Shown here: positions 23,512 through 35,666 of the stretch, in pieces
How the letters are laid out: each line of letters starts with the position of its first letter
Numbering within the stretch: position 1 is the first letter of the stretch
NCBI GenBank assembly: GCA_001179505.1
Contig: CDMY01000628.1
Span: forward strand, 1-40,189
DNA: 40,189 bases
Origin: Vitrella brassicaformis CCMP3155
Taxonomy: Eukaryota; Protista; Chromerida
Direction of reading: 5' to 3'
Notes under the pieces: generated by a model
The model's database searches: none
Told to the model about the DNA's origin: nothing
What the model saw: only the letters and a program-made list of their open reading frames with translations
Program-made: the position numbers and the translations under genes

Positions 23512-24260
23512 GGCCCTATCTACGGCTACATCCTGACATACATCCTGACAGCAACAACGGACGCACGCAGAGAGAATTCGGATTCCACCACACCCACACT
23601 CGTGCATCTATTCTGGCATCACTCCCTCACCATTGCATCGAGCCTCTCGCCATTGTTGAGTCCACGTGAGTCGCCTTGCGCCGCCTCGCTGTGGTCTGGC
23701 AGGGGAATCGCCGCCGCAGCAGCAGCGGCAGCGGCATGCGACCCTGAACCGTAGCCATTCGTACCTCAATTTGTTAAATCATACAAGCGTGTGGGAACAA
23801 CACAACAGAAATGAGCAGTCGCCGGGGAACATCGCATATATATTGAATCAAGCTTACTCTCGGGGTGCTGCATAATCAAGCGATTTCTGCGATTCAAGTC
23901 AAGACGTCATGCGCGTCGTGCCGCTCGCCGCGGTCCGGTCAGGGCATGGCTGCAAATACGGGTTTGACACTCCATCTGTGACGTTCCTGGTGCCACTGTG
24001 CCTGCTCACCTCGGGACCATCGGAGCGCAGAACACGCAGTGCGTCGAGTTTCTTCGTACCCTTCCTCTATTCGACGGCTGCACACTCATCATTACCTTCT
24101 GACACAGCTGTGCCTAGGGCACACGTGAAACCGTCGCGAGATGGAGCTCGCACTTGAAGACGCTCTCTTTGGGACGTCCACGTCTCTTTGGTGACCCGTT
24201 AGCTTGTGTTTGTGACCCCGTTGGCTTGTGTGCAGCCAGTCGCAGTGACTGTCCAGTCAG

Positions 24261-25295
24261 ATGAAGTCTGAGGAGGTCTGCACGGCGCCTTCGCCCACAG
24301 ATGGTCCCACGGAGTTCTACTGGTCCAACGAGCACGAGCCGCACGCCAGACGACGGAGAGAAATCGTCGCCAGGCATCCTGAGGTTCTCGGCCTCTACGG
24401 ACCCGACAGTCGCGAGGCGGTATTCGCGTCGGCATGCATCCTCATCCAGTTCGCCGTCGGGGCGGTCATCGGCTTCTATGCTCAGCAACTCAGCTGGGGA
24501 GCGGTGTTGGTGCTGACCTACTGCGTGAGCGGGACGATCAACCACTCTCTCTTCCTGGCGATGCACGAGTGCGCCCATTCGTCGTTCTTCACGTCCAAGT
24601 GGCAGAATGAGTGGTTCGCTGTTCTGGTCAACCTGCCGACGGGCATCCCCGCGGCCATCACCTTCAAGCGGTACCACATGGAGCACCACGCGCACCAGGG
24701 CGTCGACGGCGTCGACATGGACATCCCCACCCACGCAGAGGGGTGGTTCTTCCGCACACCGGCGCGCAAGCTGCTGTGGGTCGTCCTCATGCCCTTCATG
24801 TACGCCTTCCGGCCGCTGCTCATGAAGCCCAAGCCGATGTCCTTGATGGAGGCCATGAACTGGCTCTGTGTGGCCGCCAGCGATGTCGCCGTCCTCTACT
24901 GGCTCGGCCCCAAGACGCTCTTCTACTTTGTGGGCGGGACCTTTCTGGGGACGGGGCTTCACCCGCTGTCGGGTCACTTCATTGCGGAGCATTTCGTCTT
25001 CATTGAGGGGCAGGAGACCTACTCCTACTACGGCCCGCTCAACTGGCTGACCTACAACGTGGGCTATCACAATGAGCACCACGACTTCCCCCGCATCCCC
25101 GGCAGCCGACTGCCCGCCCTCAAGAAGATGGCCCCCGATTACTACGACAACCTGCCGGCCTACAGCAGCTGGTCACAGGTGCTCTGGGACTTTGTCTTCG
25201 AGTACGACGTCAACTGCTTCAGCCGCATCAAGCGACGGCGGCAGGTGCCCAACGCACAGGCGGGCATTAGCGACGAGGGCAAGAAGGGCAATTGA
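24261..25295 (+). CDS. DES1: Sphingolipid delta(4)-desaturase (dihydroceramide desaturase), intronless
   Basis: Single 344-aa ORF with the N-terminal FYWSNEHEPHARRRREIVARHPEV lipid-desaturase motif, three His boxes (HECAH, HMEHH, HNEHHDFP), GHFIAEH and QETYSYYGPLNWLTYNVGY. Confidence 0.95.
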   Translation: MKSEEVCTAPSPTDGPTEFYWSNEHEPHARRRREIVARHPEVLGLYGPDSREAVFASACILIQFAVGAVIGFYAQQLSWGAVLVLTYCVSGTINHSLFLAMHECAHSSFFTSKWQNEWFAVLVNLPTGIPAAITFKRYHMEHHAHQGVDGVDMDIPTHAEGWFFRTPARKLLWVVLMPFMYAFRPLLMKPKPMSLMEAMNWLCVAASDVAVLYWLGPKTLFYFVGGTFLGTGLHPLSGHFIAEHFVFIEGQETYSYYGPLNWLTYNVGYHNEHHDFPRIPGSRLPALKKMAPDYYDNLPAYSSWSQVLWDFVFEYDVNCFSRIKRRRQVPNAQAGISDEGKKGN

Positions 25296-26158
25296 TGGAC
25301 TGAATATGGATGTGGGTGGGTGGGTGGGTGGGTATGGATGGATGGATGGATGGCTGCATGAGGGGCCAAGGAATACGATCCGCTGTGTTAATACGTACGT
25401 GTGGATGCCTACCTGCACGTGTGGTGGGTGCCGTGGCGAAGGTTCCTTGTTTGTGTATCGCTAGCGCTAGTTTTTCATTGGTTGTTTACGCGAGCGGGTG
25501 ATTTGCTGAGTGAGTGGTGCCGGCCCCATTTGGCTGAGTATCCTCTACTAGGCAATCACTTCTGGCTGCCTCGCCTGCGTCTGCTGCCAGAGTGGCTGAG
25601 TATTTTGCCCGGGTGTGCACCTGTATACGTACGAGTGGGTACGTGTGTGGGTGAGACAGGGCGGAGTGAAGTCATGTCACAATCATGACACAGTTGCACG
25701 TCTTTTGTGTGTCAGAGAGAGCGGGATGCTGGGCTGACCTCTTGTGCTCACTTGTACAGCCTGACTGACTGACGGGCGGGAGGAGTGGAGTGGAGCAGAG
25801 GAGCCTGCGTCTGTGTGTGTGTGGCAAGTCAAGCTAGATAGGCAAAGAAAGGCACGGGTAGGGATGGGTTGGGAGACCTTGCCGCCGGTCATTTCTTCAT
25901 GGCTGGAGGGAAGGTGACTGCCACTACTCGACTCGGGGACCGCCCAATGGCCTCCACTCAAAAATGATCCATCCAACCGTGCACACGGCAAAAGTCTCTT
26001 CTCGTCCCCACATACACACGAACACACACATCAATATAACCGACACGCACACGAGCGCTACACACAGAGACATCCGCTCACCCACACATGTGACTGACAT
26101 GCCGATCATGTTGACATCTCCCCTCCATTTCCGTGCCATCCGCCCGCCTCCTCTGGAC

Positions 26159-27560
26159 TCACGCACCAGAAGCTGTCTTTGCCTCGATGAGCTTCTGTTT
26201 GATGGTGTCTAGCAGGGCCACGTGGCGTGTCTTGAGAGGCTGCTGCATCCACTCAGGCACACTCGACCGGACGTCGACCTGCACACAAACAACATGACGA
26301 TCATCGTGAGACACAGACAGAAGGAGGACCTGTGCAACCTGTGGGTGTCGGGTGTGGTGTCCTCTCACCTGCTCTACGTAGGCGATTTGCAGAGTGCCGT
26401 CATCGAGCTTGCGACACTCAAAGCCCACCAACTAAAGCAACAAACACCAAACCCGTACAGATGAGATGACTGTGTCTCCCTGTCTGTGTCAATGTCGCCT
26501 ACCAGTATTTCGCCCCTGAAGTGCGTCTCCGATTCATACGGCAGCTCGAGACCCGTTATCGACTGCACCTGGTGATCCCCCGAACCACCCACCTGCAACC
26601 CAATAAGCACACAGACACACAAAAATAAGGATGAGTGATTTTCTCGACGGTCTTTACTCACTCGACGAGAGTAGTGTCTGAGGCATCCGTAGTCCCTGCC
26701 AGGAATGCCGATGAAGGGCGAGTAATCCGCTATGTAAGACACGTCCATTTTGGTGTCGTCACCCGTCGGCACAGGCACGTCAGACACCTTACACACTGCA
26801 AACCCACCCAGCCAGCCACCCCACCCCAACCAGCCGATGGACGTCCGTGCATTCCCAGATGCACGCACCGCCCCGTACCTTTCTCCACAAGTGGGTCGTA
26901 CACTTTGAGGTTGTTGCTGTCCCACAGGTATGCCATAACGTCGTCCACCTCTAGCCCGCCGTGGCCCCCCATCTCCTCAGGGCGGATCAGCACACGCCCC
27001 CGGGTCATGAACACCTCACCAGCAGCCGAACGCGACCATGCCTGCACGAAACAAACACCGGCAAGGGCAATGAGCACCACACACTTCACGGGTCGGTCTT
27101 TTACTACCTCTGTCTTTCCGAAGTGTCCGATGGACGTCCATTCCATCGGGGCAAGGCTGTGGTCGGCTGCTGGTGAAGTGTCGTCAAGATCCAGAGAGGC
27201 CCGCGTGCTCTGCGGCGCCAGCGACGTGACGACGGATCCCTTCAACTTGGGAGGCGACAGATCGCTAACGCACCGGAGCAGCCTCTCTGACGCACTCACG
27301 CCCTGATGAGATACAAAGGAGCAGTATACGTCTTCAGGGGCGCCCTCTGTTGTATCTTATGCGTTCCTTTGTGCATGCCTTTTGTAGGAGCCCTTCGACA
27401 ACATGCCTGCAGACAGCCACATGGATGGATGGGTGGATTGGTTCTGTGCGTTGCGTGGTGTGGTGTGTGTAGGTATCTGGGACAACTACCGCTCTGTGTT
27501 GAGCGCTACTTTGTGGATATCTCTGTTGGGGGTGGCGACCGTCCGCTGCTGGGTCGCCAT
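26159..27560 (-). CDS. START-domain (lipid-transfer) protein; 5' exons uncertain
   Basis: Spliced exons ..MEWTSIGHFGKTE/..AWSRSAAGEVFMTRGRVLI..VMAYLWDSNNLKVYDPLVEK/..SYIADYSPFIGIPGRDY/..HFRGEIL/..GFECRKLDDGTLQIAYVEQ/VDVRSSVPEWMQQPLKTRHVALLDTIKQKL follow the START order of motifs (W..., wD, sprDf, RG, G..i, vD..g.lP.w). Confidence 0.7.
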
Positions 27561-27688
27561 TAGGAGCTAATATACAACTAGAAAAACTGCCCTCACGCGT
27601 CTGCAAGCTCAACCTGCGGGCGAGACGCCCCCCCAGCGCATGCACGCCAGGCGACCCCACCTTCGCCTTTCTCCTTGCAAGTCTCATT

Positions 27689-30600
27689 ATGGCGGCCGCG
27701 GCGGCAGCTGAGCCTTTAAGTCACGTGTCTGAGTTCGATGAGTCGATGCAGTGGATGGACACCATCTGGCGGAGAAGCGGCAAGCGGCTGCACTTCTACG
27801 AACCCGCACTGCGGTCCTCCTTCTGGCTCACAAGGATTGTAAGCTCACGCATTCATTCAGTGCAGGCAGACCCACCACAGTCAAATGGGGACGCCTGTGC
27901 GTGCAGATATTCCTCCGTGCTCTCGGCTTCATATACCTCGTCGCCTTTATGGTTGCAGCCTTTCAAAACGTGGGGCTGATCGGTCGCCGCGGCCTCACGC
28001 CCTTTCACTACCAAGTCGACCGCCTATATCAACAATGGGAGGGCGAGAACGCATCCTTCTGGGAGCGATACTCACAGCTGCCCAGCCTGTTTGTGTTCTT
28101 GCCGGCATCCGACTTCTGGCTGCAAGCCATGGCGTGGCTGGGGATCGTCTTGAGTGTCCTGGTGCTGGTTATGGGTGCCGGTGCAGGGCTGATTCTGCTG
28201 GTGCTGTGGATCCTCTATGCGTCCATCAGACACGTCGGGCAGCTTTGGTATGGCTTTGGATGGGAGTCTCAACTTTTGGAGACGGGCTTCCTCGCAAGTG
28301 AGAATCCGAACATGGCCTTACAAAGGACGGGATATGTGGTGCCTTCCTGTGTAATTTGCATGCAGTATTTCTCACCCCCTTTTGGACATTCAAGGAGCTC
28401 CCAAGCAGCTGGCCCCCACCGATGGTGTGCGTGTGGGGCTACCGCTGGCTCATTTTCCGCATCATGATCGGAGCCGGGCTGATCAAACTCAGGGGAGATG
28501 AGGTGAATTAATCCATGTACGTGATGAGGGAATTGTCCCATACATGGGTGTCCATGTGTGCGTGTGTGTAGTGCTGGCGAGATCTCACTTGCATGGGTGG
28601 GCGACGAGAGCGAGGAAGAAATGGATGGAGAGACACTAGCCGCCGATGTCCGTGTGTGAATGATCTCTCTCTCTCTCTCCCTCTCTCTCTGCATCAGAGT
28701 ATCACTATGAGACCCAGCCCAACCCCAATCCACTGTCGTGGTACTTCCACAATAACTGGCGACCCTTTCATTGGTTTGAGACCCTCGTCAACCACATCAT
28801 TGAATGCGCACTGTCCTGGAACACCCTCATACCGCTCCGGGGCTGCAGGCTTATTGCAGGCGGCTCACAGGTCAGCGAGGCAACTGGGGAAGAAAGAAGA
28901 CCGGTGATGTCTCAGTGCTTTGCATGGGTGTGTACGTGCAGGTAATTTTTCAAGTGGTTCTCATCTTGTCAGGGAACCTGTCCTTCTTGAACTGGCTGTA
29001 GGACCAAAGACAGATATACATACTTACTTTCTTACTCCCCTTTCCTCGCTTGTAGGACGATCCTCCCATCGATCTTCTGCTTCGATGACGCCGTCTTCGC
29101 GTCAGTGACACGCAAATACACACATGCATACAGGGCGCGTGATCAATCGAGTCTCCCTTTGCAGGTGCATCTTCCCCCCCTGGTACCGCAACCGCGTCAA
29201 GCGCCTCATCGGGAGCAAGGAGGAGACAGAACCGCTCACGTACGACATCGCATATCTTCCGATGTACGACCGCATCTTTCGCTTCATCTGCAAAGCCATA
29301 CACACCCGAGTTGCCTCACCAGCACGCCCAGGACCCATGGAGCCGTCAGCACCCTCCCCTGTCCAGCCACCGCCGGACATTGAGCAGTCGGGAAGTGAAG
29401 ACACCCACCCCCTGCTTGTCGATGACGACCGTGAGGGCGTCCGAAGGCAGGTGGCCCCCGGGCAGCAGGGGGCATACGTCCAGGGAGAAGGCAGGGCGGC
29501 CGAGTACCAAACAGGGGAGGAAGGCGGCATGAGGGAATGCCTCCGTCGGTCCAGCGCTTCTCAGCTGGCTCGTCTGGAGGCGAAGGAGCGGAGGATCAGA
29601 GCCAAGGGTGCGGAGGAGTCGGAGAGCGACCCGCAGGATGAGATGTTGCGTGGGCGGGGTCGGCTGAGTTGGGCCGGGGTGTGGCTGAGTCGTGTGTGGC
29701 TGGTGCTGGTGCAGCTGGCCCTTCTGTACATGATTGTGCGGCTTTCCATTCCGGTTGTCAAGAATCTCATTTCTCTTCACCAGGTAGGTACTTGAGACAA
29801 CCAGAAAAGCCATGGATGATGGGCCAGACCACGCCGTTGCCGTGCGTACGTACCTGTTTGTCCGGTCCGCAGGCTATGAACACGAGTTTTGACAGCTTTG
29901 AGCTGCTCAACACATACGGTACGGTAGATGGATGTCTGACAGACATGCAATCATATTATTATGCATGGAATGGAGAAGGGCTCTCTCTTGTTGTTTGCTG
30001 CTCAGGCGCATTTGGGAGCGTGACCAAGGTCAGAAAGGAGGTCATCATCATGGGCACAAACGACGAACATCCCGTAAGCAGACCCTCCCTCCCCCGCCTG
30101 GCCCAACCAACGCAACGCGTGTTGCCACGTGTGCAGACGGCATCGAGCAACTGGCAAGAGTATGAGTTTATCTGCAAACCAGGCAGGGTGGACAGGCGGC
30201 CCTGCACCATCTCCCCCTACCACTACAGGCTCGACTGGCTCATGGTACCCACAGGCACACAATCTCACCCCATTGTGGCAAGAATGATGTGTCTCCGTCT
30301 TATGTAGTGGTTTGCGGGTTTTGGTGCCAAGGAGGGCGGGTGGCTGCCCCACGTAGCATACAAGCTGCTGCGAGGCGATCAGAATGCTCTCTACCTCATG
30401 GCCCACAATCCTTTCAGAGATGCACCCCCCAGACACATACGAGCGGCACACTTCGTGTACAGGTTCACCAACAGGGCAGAAGTGGGATTCTTCGGGCCGC
30501 TATTCGGCCAGGGTGAGTCCATCAGATAGGTGACAACGATGAATTGCAAGCGCTTCGTGCGCTTTGGCATGCCATGGATGTCTCGCTCTGTCTCTCTGCG

Positions 30601-30733
30601 TGCGGTGCATGCAGGTCCGTGGTGGAAGAGGGAGTTTGAGGCGGAGTATCCGTTGCTTGGCGGGGAGTCCATCGTATCACTCGACAGCCCAGCCTTGAAG
30701 GAATACGCACGCAAGCACAAATGGGACACATGA
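27689..30733 (+). CDS. LMF1: Lipase maturation factor (LMF1/LMF2 family)
   Basis: Exons with family motifs: IFLRALGFIYLVAF, GLIGRRGLTP, VGQLWYGFGWESQLLETGFL, RWLIFRIMIGAGLIKLRGD, CWRDLTCM, YHYETQPNPNPLSWYFH, LSGNLSFLNWL, NTYGAFGSVTK, WQEYEFICKPG, ISPYHYRLDWLMWFA, WWKR; the junction phases I checked are compatible. Confidence 0.95.
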
Positions 30734-31052
30734 CATGAGGCAAGAGAGAGACCGACCCGACAGCTAAGTTCGTGATTCAGCATGGGAGTCAGCACACGAG
30801 CCGCCCCATCATCTAGATATCTAGCGGTCCTGATGCGATGCCATGGATGATGACGGTGAGTGGCCAAGTCGAGTTCATTCCACAGACAACCAACATACAT
30901 ACATGGATGCGTGAAAAGCTACGACATCAGCGCGCCACGTGGCCAGCTCTCCTGCTGCTCTCCATGTCACTGAAAATGCAGACACATACACACACATATC
31001 ATATATATACGTCACATACATTGGATATGCACCAAGAGACACATCTTGGCCC

Positions 31053-32543
31053 TTACGTGACGAAATGCAGGATTGCGAGAAAGAACAGGGGGTCGATGCC
31101 CGTCAGCACATAGCTCAGGTGTTGGTCATAAGTGAGCGTCAGAGACAGTGTAGAGCCATCGAAATACGCCTCTGCGAGGTCCGACTCGCTGAATGACCCC
31201 ACCTGCCTCCAGCTGTGCCGCGCACTGGCCAACGAAGTGGCCCACTCATGAACGCGCAGACAGGCACCTGCATGAAGCGGACATGTAGAGAGTTGGGGTG
31301 TGGATGTACGAAGTGGTTCCGCCCATTTAGTACTTACTTGCATCGTATTCGTGAAGGACGTAGAAGAGGGGCCGCTTGGAGACCGGCACATCGGTGCCGT
31401 TGCGATACATAGCAGTCATCACCCACACACCTTGAGACAACAGACACAAGGGACACATCGCCCTCCCTCCCTCCCGCCCTCCTGTCTACGAGTCTTCTTC
31501 GCTTGCTCACCCTGACACGCAGCGGCATACGCCGCATTGACGTCCTCCCATGTGCACCTCTCATAGGCCGCCAGCCCCCGGCCCCCCACAATGCTCGCCA
31601 GGCCTCTCACCAACATGCGATCTTCCCTCGATGCATCGGCGGGAGGCGCTCTGATGAGAGGTGGCAGCGACTCAGGAGGTGTTTGTCGTTCCGAGGGCCT
31701 TGGCCAGCTATACCACCCACTGCTCCTTCCACCCCGCGTCTCAACCCTCGACTGTTCTCCAAAGTCACCTTCGTCGCGACGAGGCTGTTGGATTCCCTTT
31801 CTCGCTCGACGGTCTTCCGGTGAGCCGTTGTGGTCACTGCCTGGGTCAAGAGGGGGAGGGGCGGGTGGAGGGGGGAGCAGGGGAACGGGGGGCGAGGGAC
31901 GCTGCAGCTGCGTCAGGACATGCCGCAAGATGCAGCCCTCCCCTCCTTCCGCGCAGGATGGCTGCTCGCTCGTGGTGGTCTGAGGTCCTCGCACACGCTC
32001 CAAGGGCCCTGTCGACAGGGGCTGCCATATGGCTGACGGCAGCTCGCTGTGTCTCAAAGAAACCTCATAACGAGGCTCAACCGCCGAAACAAGCCGCCGC
32101 AGCTGTTGTAATACTTATCCAGTCTCCCCCACGCCGCCATCTGGATGCTTCAGATTCTGCGCTTGCTCAGCAGCTGCTGCAGAGGTTGCCTCCGGGGTGG
32201 CCCCCGTGAGTCTGCCGTCGACGGCAGTGACAAGCGTGGCTGCCTCACTCCGTGACACGGGCTGCTTGTGGGAAGCATCGGTGTGAGGCCAAGCAGGCGA
32301 AGCATCCACCTGCTGCGGGAAGGTGGGGGTCGGTTGTCTCGGTGCAGAGGGAATAGGATACCGAAGCACGTGCTGCAGAGGCACACAGAACAGGACAAGA
32401 GGCTCTTCACGCCTCAGACTTGAACTGCAGTGACACTCACTTACCTTTTGCTTCGCAAGAAGGACGATTCGTTCGAGGGCGTCATTGTTCTGTTGCAGCC
32501 GACCCTGAAGCGACCGGAGGCTCGTCTTGACGCTTGGGTCCAT
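31053..32543 (-). CDS. Hypothetical spliced protein, Pro-rich middle (3' exons uncertain)
   Basis: Exon-like segments MDPSVKTSLRSLQGRLQQNNDALERIVLLAKQK / HVLRYPIP.. / ELPSAIWQP..DRMLVRGLASIVGGRGLAAYERCTWEDVNAAYAAACQ / ..RPLFYVLHEYDA, with GT-AG boundaries. No family recognised. Confidence 0.5.
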
Positions 32544-32843
32544 CAATTTAAACGAACAACGACGCCATCGACGAACAGACCAAACGGCAATTTTAGCTCG
32601 CAATGCAATCGTCGAGAATCGCGTTGCGGTACAGTGTGCGGAGAGGGCTCGTCTGGGTGCGCAGCAACAGCAGTCTGGCTCCAACATTGAGAGAGAGGGC
32701 TCGTGCTTGGGGCAAAGACGATGCTTGGGCGTGATTCTGACGACAGCAGAGCTGAGGAAACGAGGAGGTGCATTGATAGGAGGGCAGAGAAGGAGAGGAA
32801 GAGGGGCGGCACCAGTGCCCCAAACAGGCGTGCCGGACGCGCC

Positions 32844-35666
32844 ATGAGGGCGGCTGGGATCTTATCGCTGCTCAGTTTGGTGGCACAAGCGTCCGGCTTT
32901 GCGATGATACCCAGGAATCCCTTCATTGCTGACAGCCCTTGGCCAATCGCTCAAGTATGGGCCGCCAACACTCATCGATCTGATCTGACCCCCTTCTGTG
33001 CGTGTCGTGTGTGTGTGTGTGTGCTCAGTGTAACAACTATGCCCAGGCGTCGACGCTGCTGCCAGGTCCGTTCGAGAAGGGCGGCGCCAAAGTGGACGCC
33101 CTGCTCGACTACCGACTGGCAGACCCCATCAGCCTCCTGTACACATCCGACGGCAAGGTCGTCTGGGGGTCCTCCCTCACCCACGTCTTCAAGCTCGACC
33201 GGTCCACCAAGAATCTGCGGATTGTCGACTTGGTGCCGAAGAGTGAGGAGCTGCGGCAGAATGACACTTTCCACGGGGCGTACAGCGTGCTGAGCAGCGA
33301 GGGCATCTACTACACGGCCACGCTCTTCTCCATCGAGGCGTATAAGGACAAAGAGGAGGGCAACTCGACCTCCAAAATCAAGTTCTTCAAACGGTGAGGC
33401 GAGTGACGATATTGAGGCATGGCGGCGCAGTGATGGGTCTGTCTGTTGCGCTGTGTGTAGGTGGAAGATGGATGACCGGCTGGAGAGTGAGAGCATCATC
33501 GGTCTGAGCATGACGTATGACGGCGTGCTGGTGTTCGGCACCAACCGCGGCCGCATCGGTGTGCTCTCCCGCAACCTGGAGCGCCTCATCGACATGGTCC
33601 ATCTCGCCGACGATGGCGACAAGGTCACCGTGTCCAACAGCCTCGCACTGGATGAGGATGGCGGCATCTACTCTGTCACATCGAAGTCAGCCACCCAAGA
33701 CGTCCACATAGAGAGACCTCATCTCGTCCATGCCCCCGGTATGTGTGTGTGGCTGTAGGTATCTGCACAAGACCTTTTGGGACCCGATAGAGCAGGAGCT
33801 GCGGCCAGCGTGGGACGGCGAGTATGATGTCGGCGATCACGGAGGGGCGGGACGGCTGTCGGCGCAGGGCAGCGGAAGCACACCCAGCCTCCTGTTCCAT
33901 GAGAAACACGGACGATTCGTGGCCATCACGGACGGCGGCAGCCTCATGAATGTGGTGGTCTTCAACGCCACTAGTGGTGCCAAGCTGGCCGAGCATCCTG
34001 TGACCTTCGGCGACCCGAGGGCAGCAACATCATACTCAGACCAGGCAAGAGATCGGCACAACACAAAATCCATTTCACGACCCTCTCTGTGTATCTGATG
34101 TGCAGTCCATTCTGGTTAGCGGTATGCGCATGGTGGTGGTCAACAATGCCCTCACTCGACGAGGCGAGCTGGTCGAGTCCGCCCTGCAGCTGGCTGTCGG
34201 CGGTCCAGACGGCATCGAGCACATCGTCAAAGCACAAAACCTGCCACCTGTAACCACACCATACGACCAAACTCACACGGGCAGAAAGAGCCCTTTCCCT
34301 TTCCCTCCTTGTGTGTGTTCGATCTGCAGATCATATCAGAGGTAGCGGATTTGTGGCCGGCGTTGCTGGGTGACGCCCCCCGTGGTGTGGAGCAGTTTGA
34401 GTTCGACCCCGTGTCTCGTTCGCTGCGGACGACGTGGGCGCGTCCTGACCTGGCCATCCCCAACGGCATCCCCACCATGAGCGAGTGGACCGGACTCATG
34501 TACGCCGTCGGCAAACGCAAATGGAGAGGCGCATGTGAGCGACAGACACTAGAGACAGAGATGGCATGTGCAGGCAGACCGCGATGTGATACTGTTGGGT
34601 CTTGTGTCGTATGTCTGTGGTTGTTAGCGTCCGCTGAGTTGGGCACAGGTTGGTGGTCTCTGGAGGCGCTGCACTGGTGGACGGGCAAGGACGCCTTCAC
34701 GGTGCGGCTGGGTGACGGGCCAAACTACAACAGCCTCTACGCCGCTACCGAGATCGGCGTCGGAGAAATCATCTCGGGTGTCCTCGGTGAGTGCCCTCGG
34801 CAGCATCCATCCACACTTGTGTCCCCCTCTCGGTCTGCTTGTGTGTGTGTCTGACTGTCGACCATGCAGGTGGCGTGGTCCGTGTGCGTCAGGAGTCTCT
34901 CTTCCTGGACGGCACCCCCAACAAGCCTCCGACGGCGGCAAGCGGCGGCCAGCTGCAGCAGCGAGGTCTCGAGTCTGTGCTGGGTCTCAACATCACCACC
35001 CTCACGAACATGCCCCCCAGATTCAGGGGCCGCAGGGGCGACGGCAACGGCGAGGGCATTCTGCAGCGCGACATCGGCCGCGAGGGCACCAGGCGAGAGA
35101 ACGGCGCCAGACGGCATCAGGACAGCCATGAGATTGGGGGCCGGTTTGACGGCAGCCTCCTGAGGATCCCCGACAACCCCATCACGACCTACAGCGAACT
35201 GATCACATACCTCAGCTCGCCAGATATGATCGCCAGCACCTCCACGGTGCCCACGAGCACCGGCAATGGCAAGGGGCCGCGGCGCGGACAGAATGGGGGG
35301 CCTTTGCTTAGCGGGAAGCGTGTGGATCACTTATTGAGCAACGGGCCGGTCCTCAAGCCGATCCCTCCGCCTATCCCTGCACTTCCGTTGATGGCACCTG
35401 AGGGCCTCAACGCCGTGCATGACAGCATCAGCGACCCAGCAGCAGCTGCCGTCATGGCAGCGGTGACACACAATGCAGAGGAGCAGCGCAACGCCTCCAC
35501 GGCAGCAGAGGCAACGGCGAGACAGAATGAGGCGCAGAAGGAGGAGACAGGGGGGAAGGGGGCTGGCAGTGAGCAGGCTATCATCCCTGTGAGAAGCGAC
35601 ATTGACTTGGAGGCCTTGCTGACCTCGTTGGGCGGCGAGTCGGGCGAAGAGGGATCATCCTCATAG
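32844..35666 (+). CDS. Secreted beta-propeller-like protein of an uncharacterised, bacterial-looking family, with a low-complexity C-terminal tail
   Basis: Signal MRAAGILSLLSLVAQASG; exons NPFIADSPWP/..AQAST.LPGP..FHGAYSVLSSEG../..IIGLSMTYDGVLVFGT..VSNSLALDEDGGIYSVT/..GSGSTPSL..FVAITDG..SDQ/SILVSG..VVVNN/..GVEQFEFDP..IPNGIP..LMYAVG/..WSLEALHWWTG..LGDG.NYNSLYA; stop at 35664-35666. Confidence 0.75.

Noticed and set aside
24160-24231. Imperfect direct repeats upstream of DES1 (GTGACCC(C)GTT(A/G)GCTTGTGT x2)
   Set aside because: Two degenerate copies only; consistent with a simple local duplication, no function inferable.
24114-25082. 322-aa ORF antisense to DES1
   Set aside because: Shadow ORF produced by the strong GC3 codon bias of DES1; no recognisable motifs.
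25401-25688. 95-aa ORF downstream of DES1 with a repeated GGCTGAGTAT
   Set aside because: No splice or homology support; lies in probable 3' UTR or intergenic DNA between convergent genes.
27297-27420. Possible 3-nt microexon (cag|GGC|gtgagt at about 27300-27302) and GC donor in the START 5' region
   Set aside because: Could not build a phase-consistent path with the upstream exon; needs RNA-seq.
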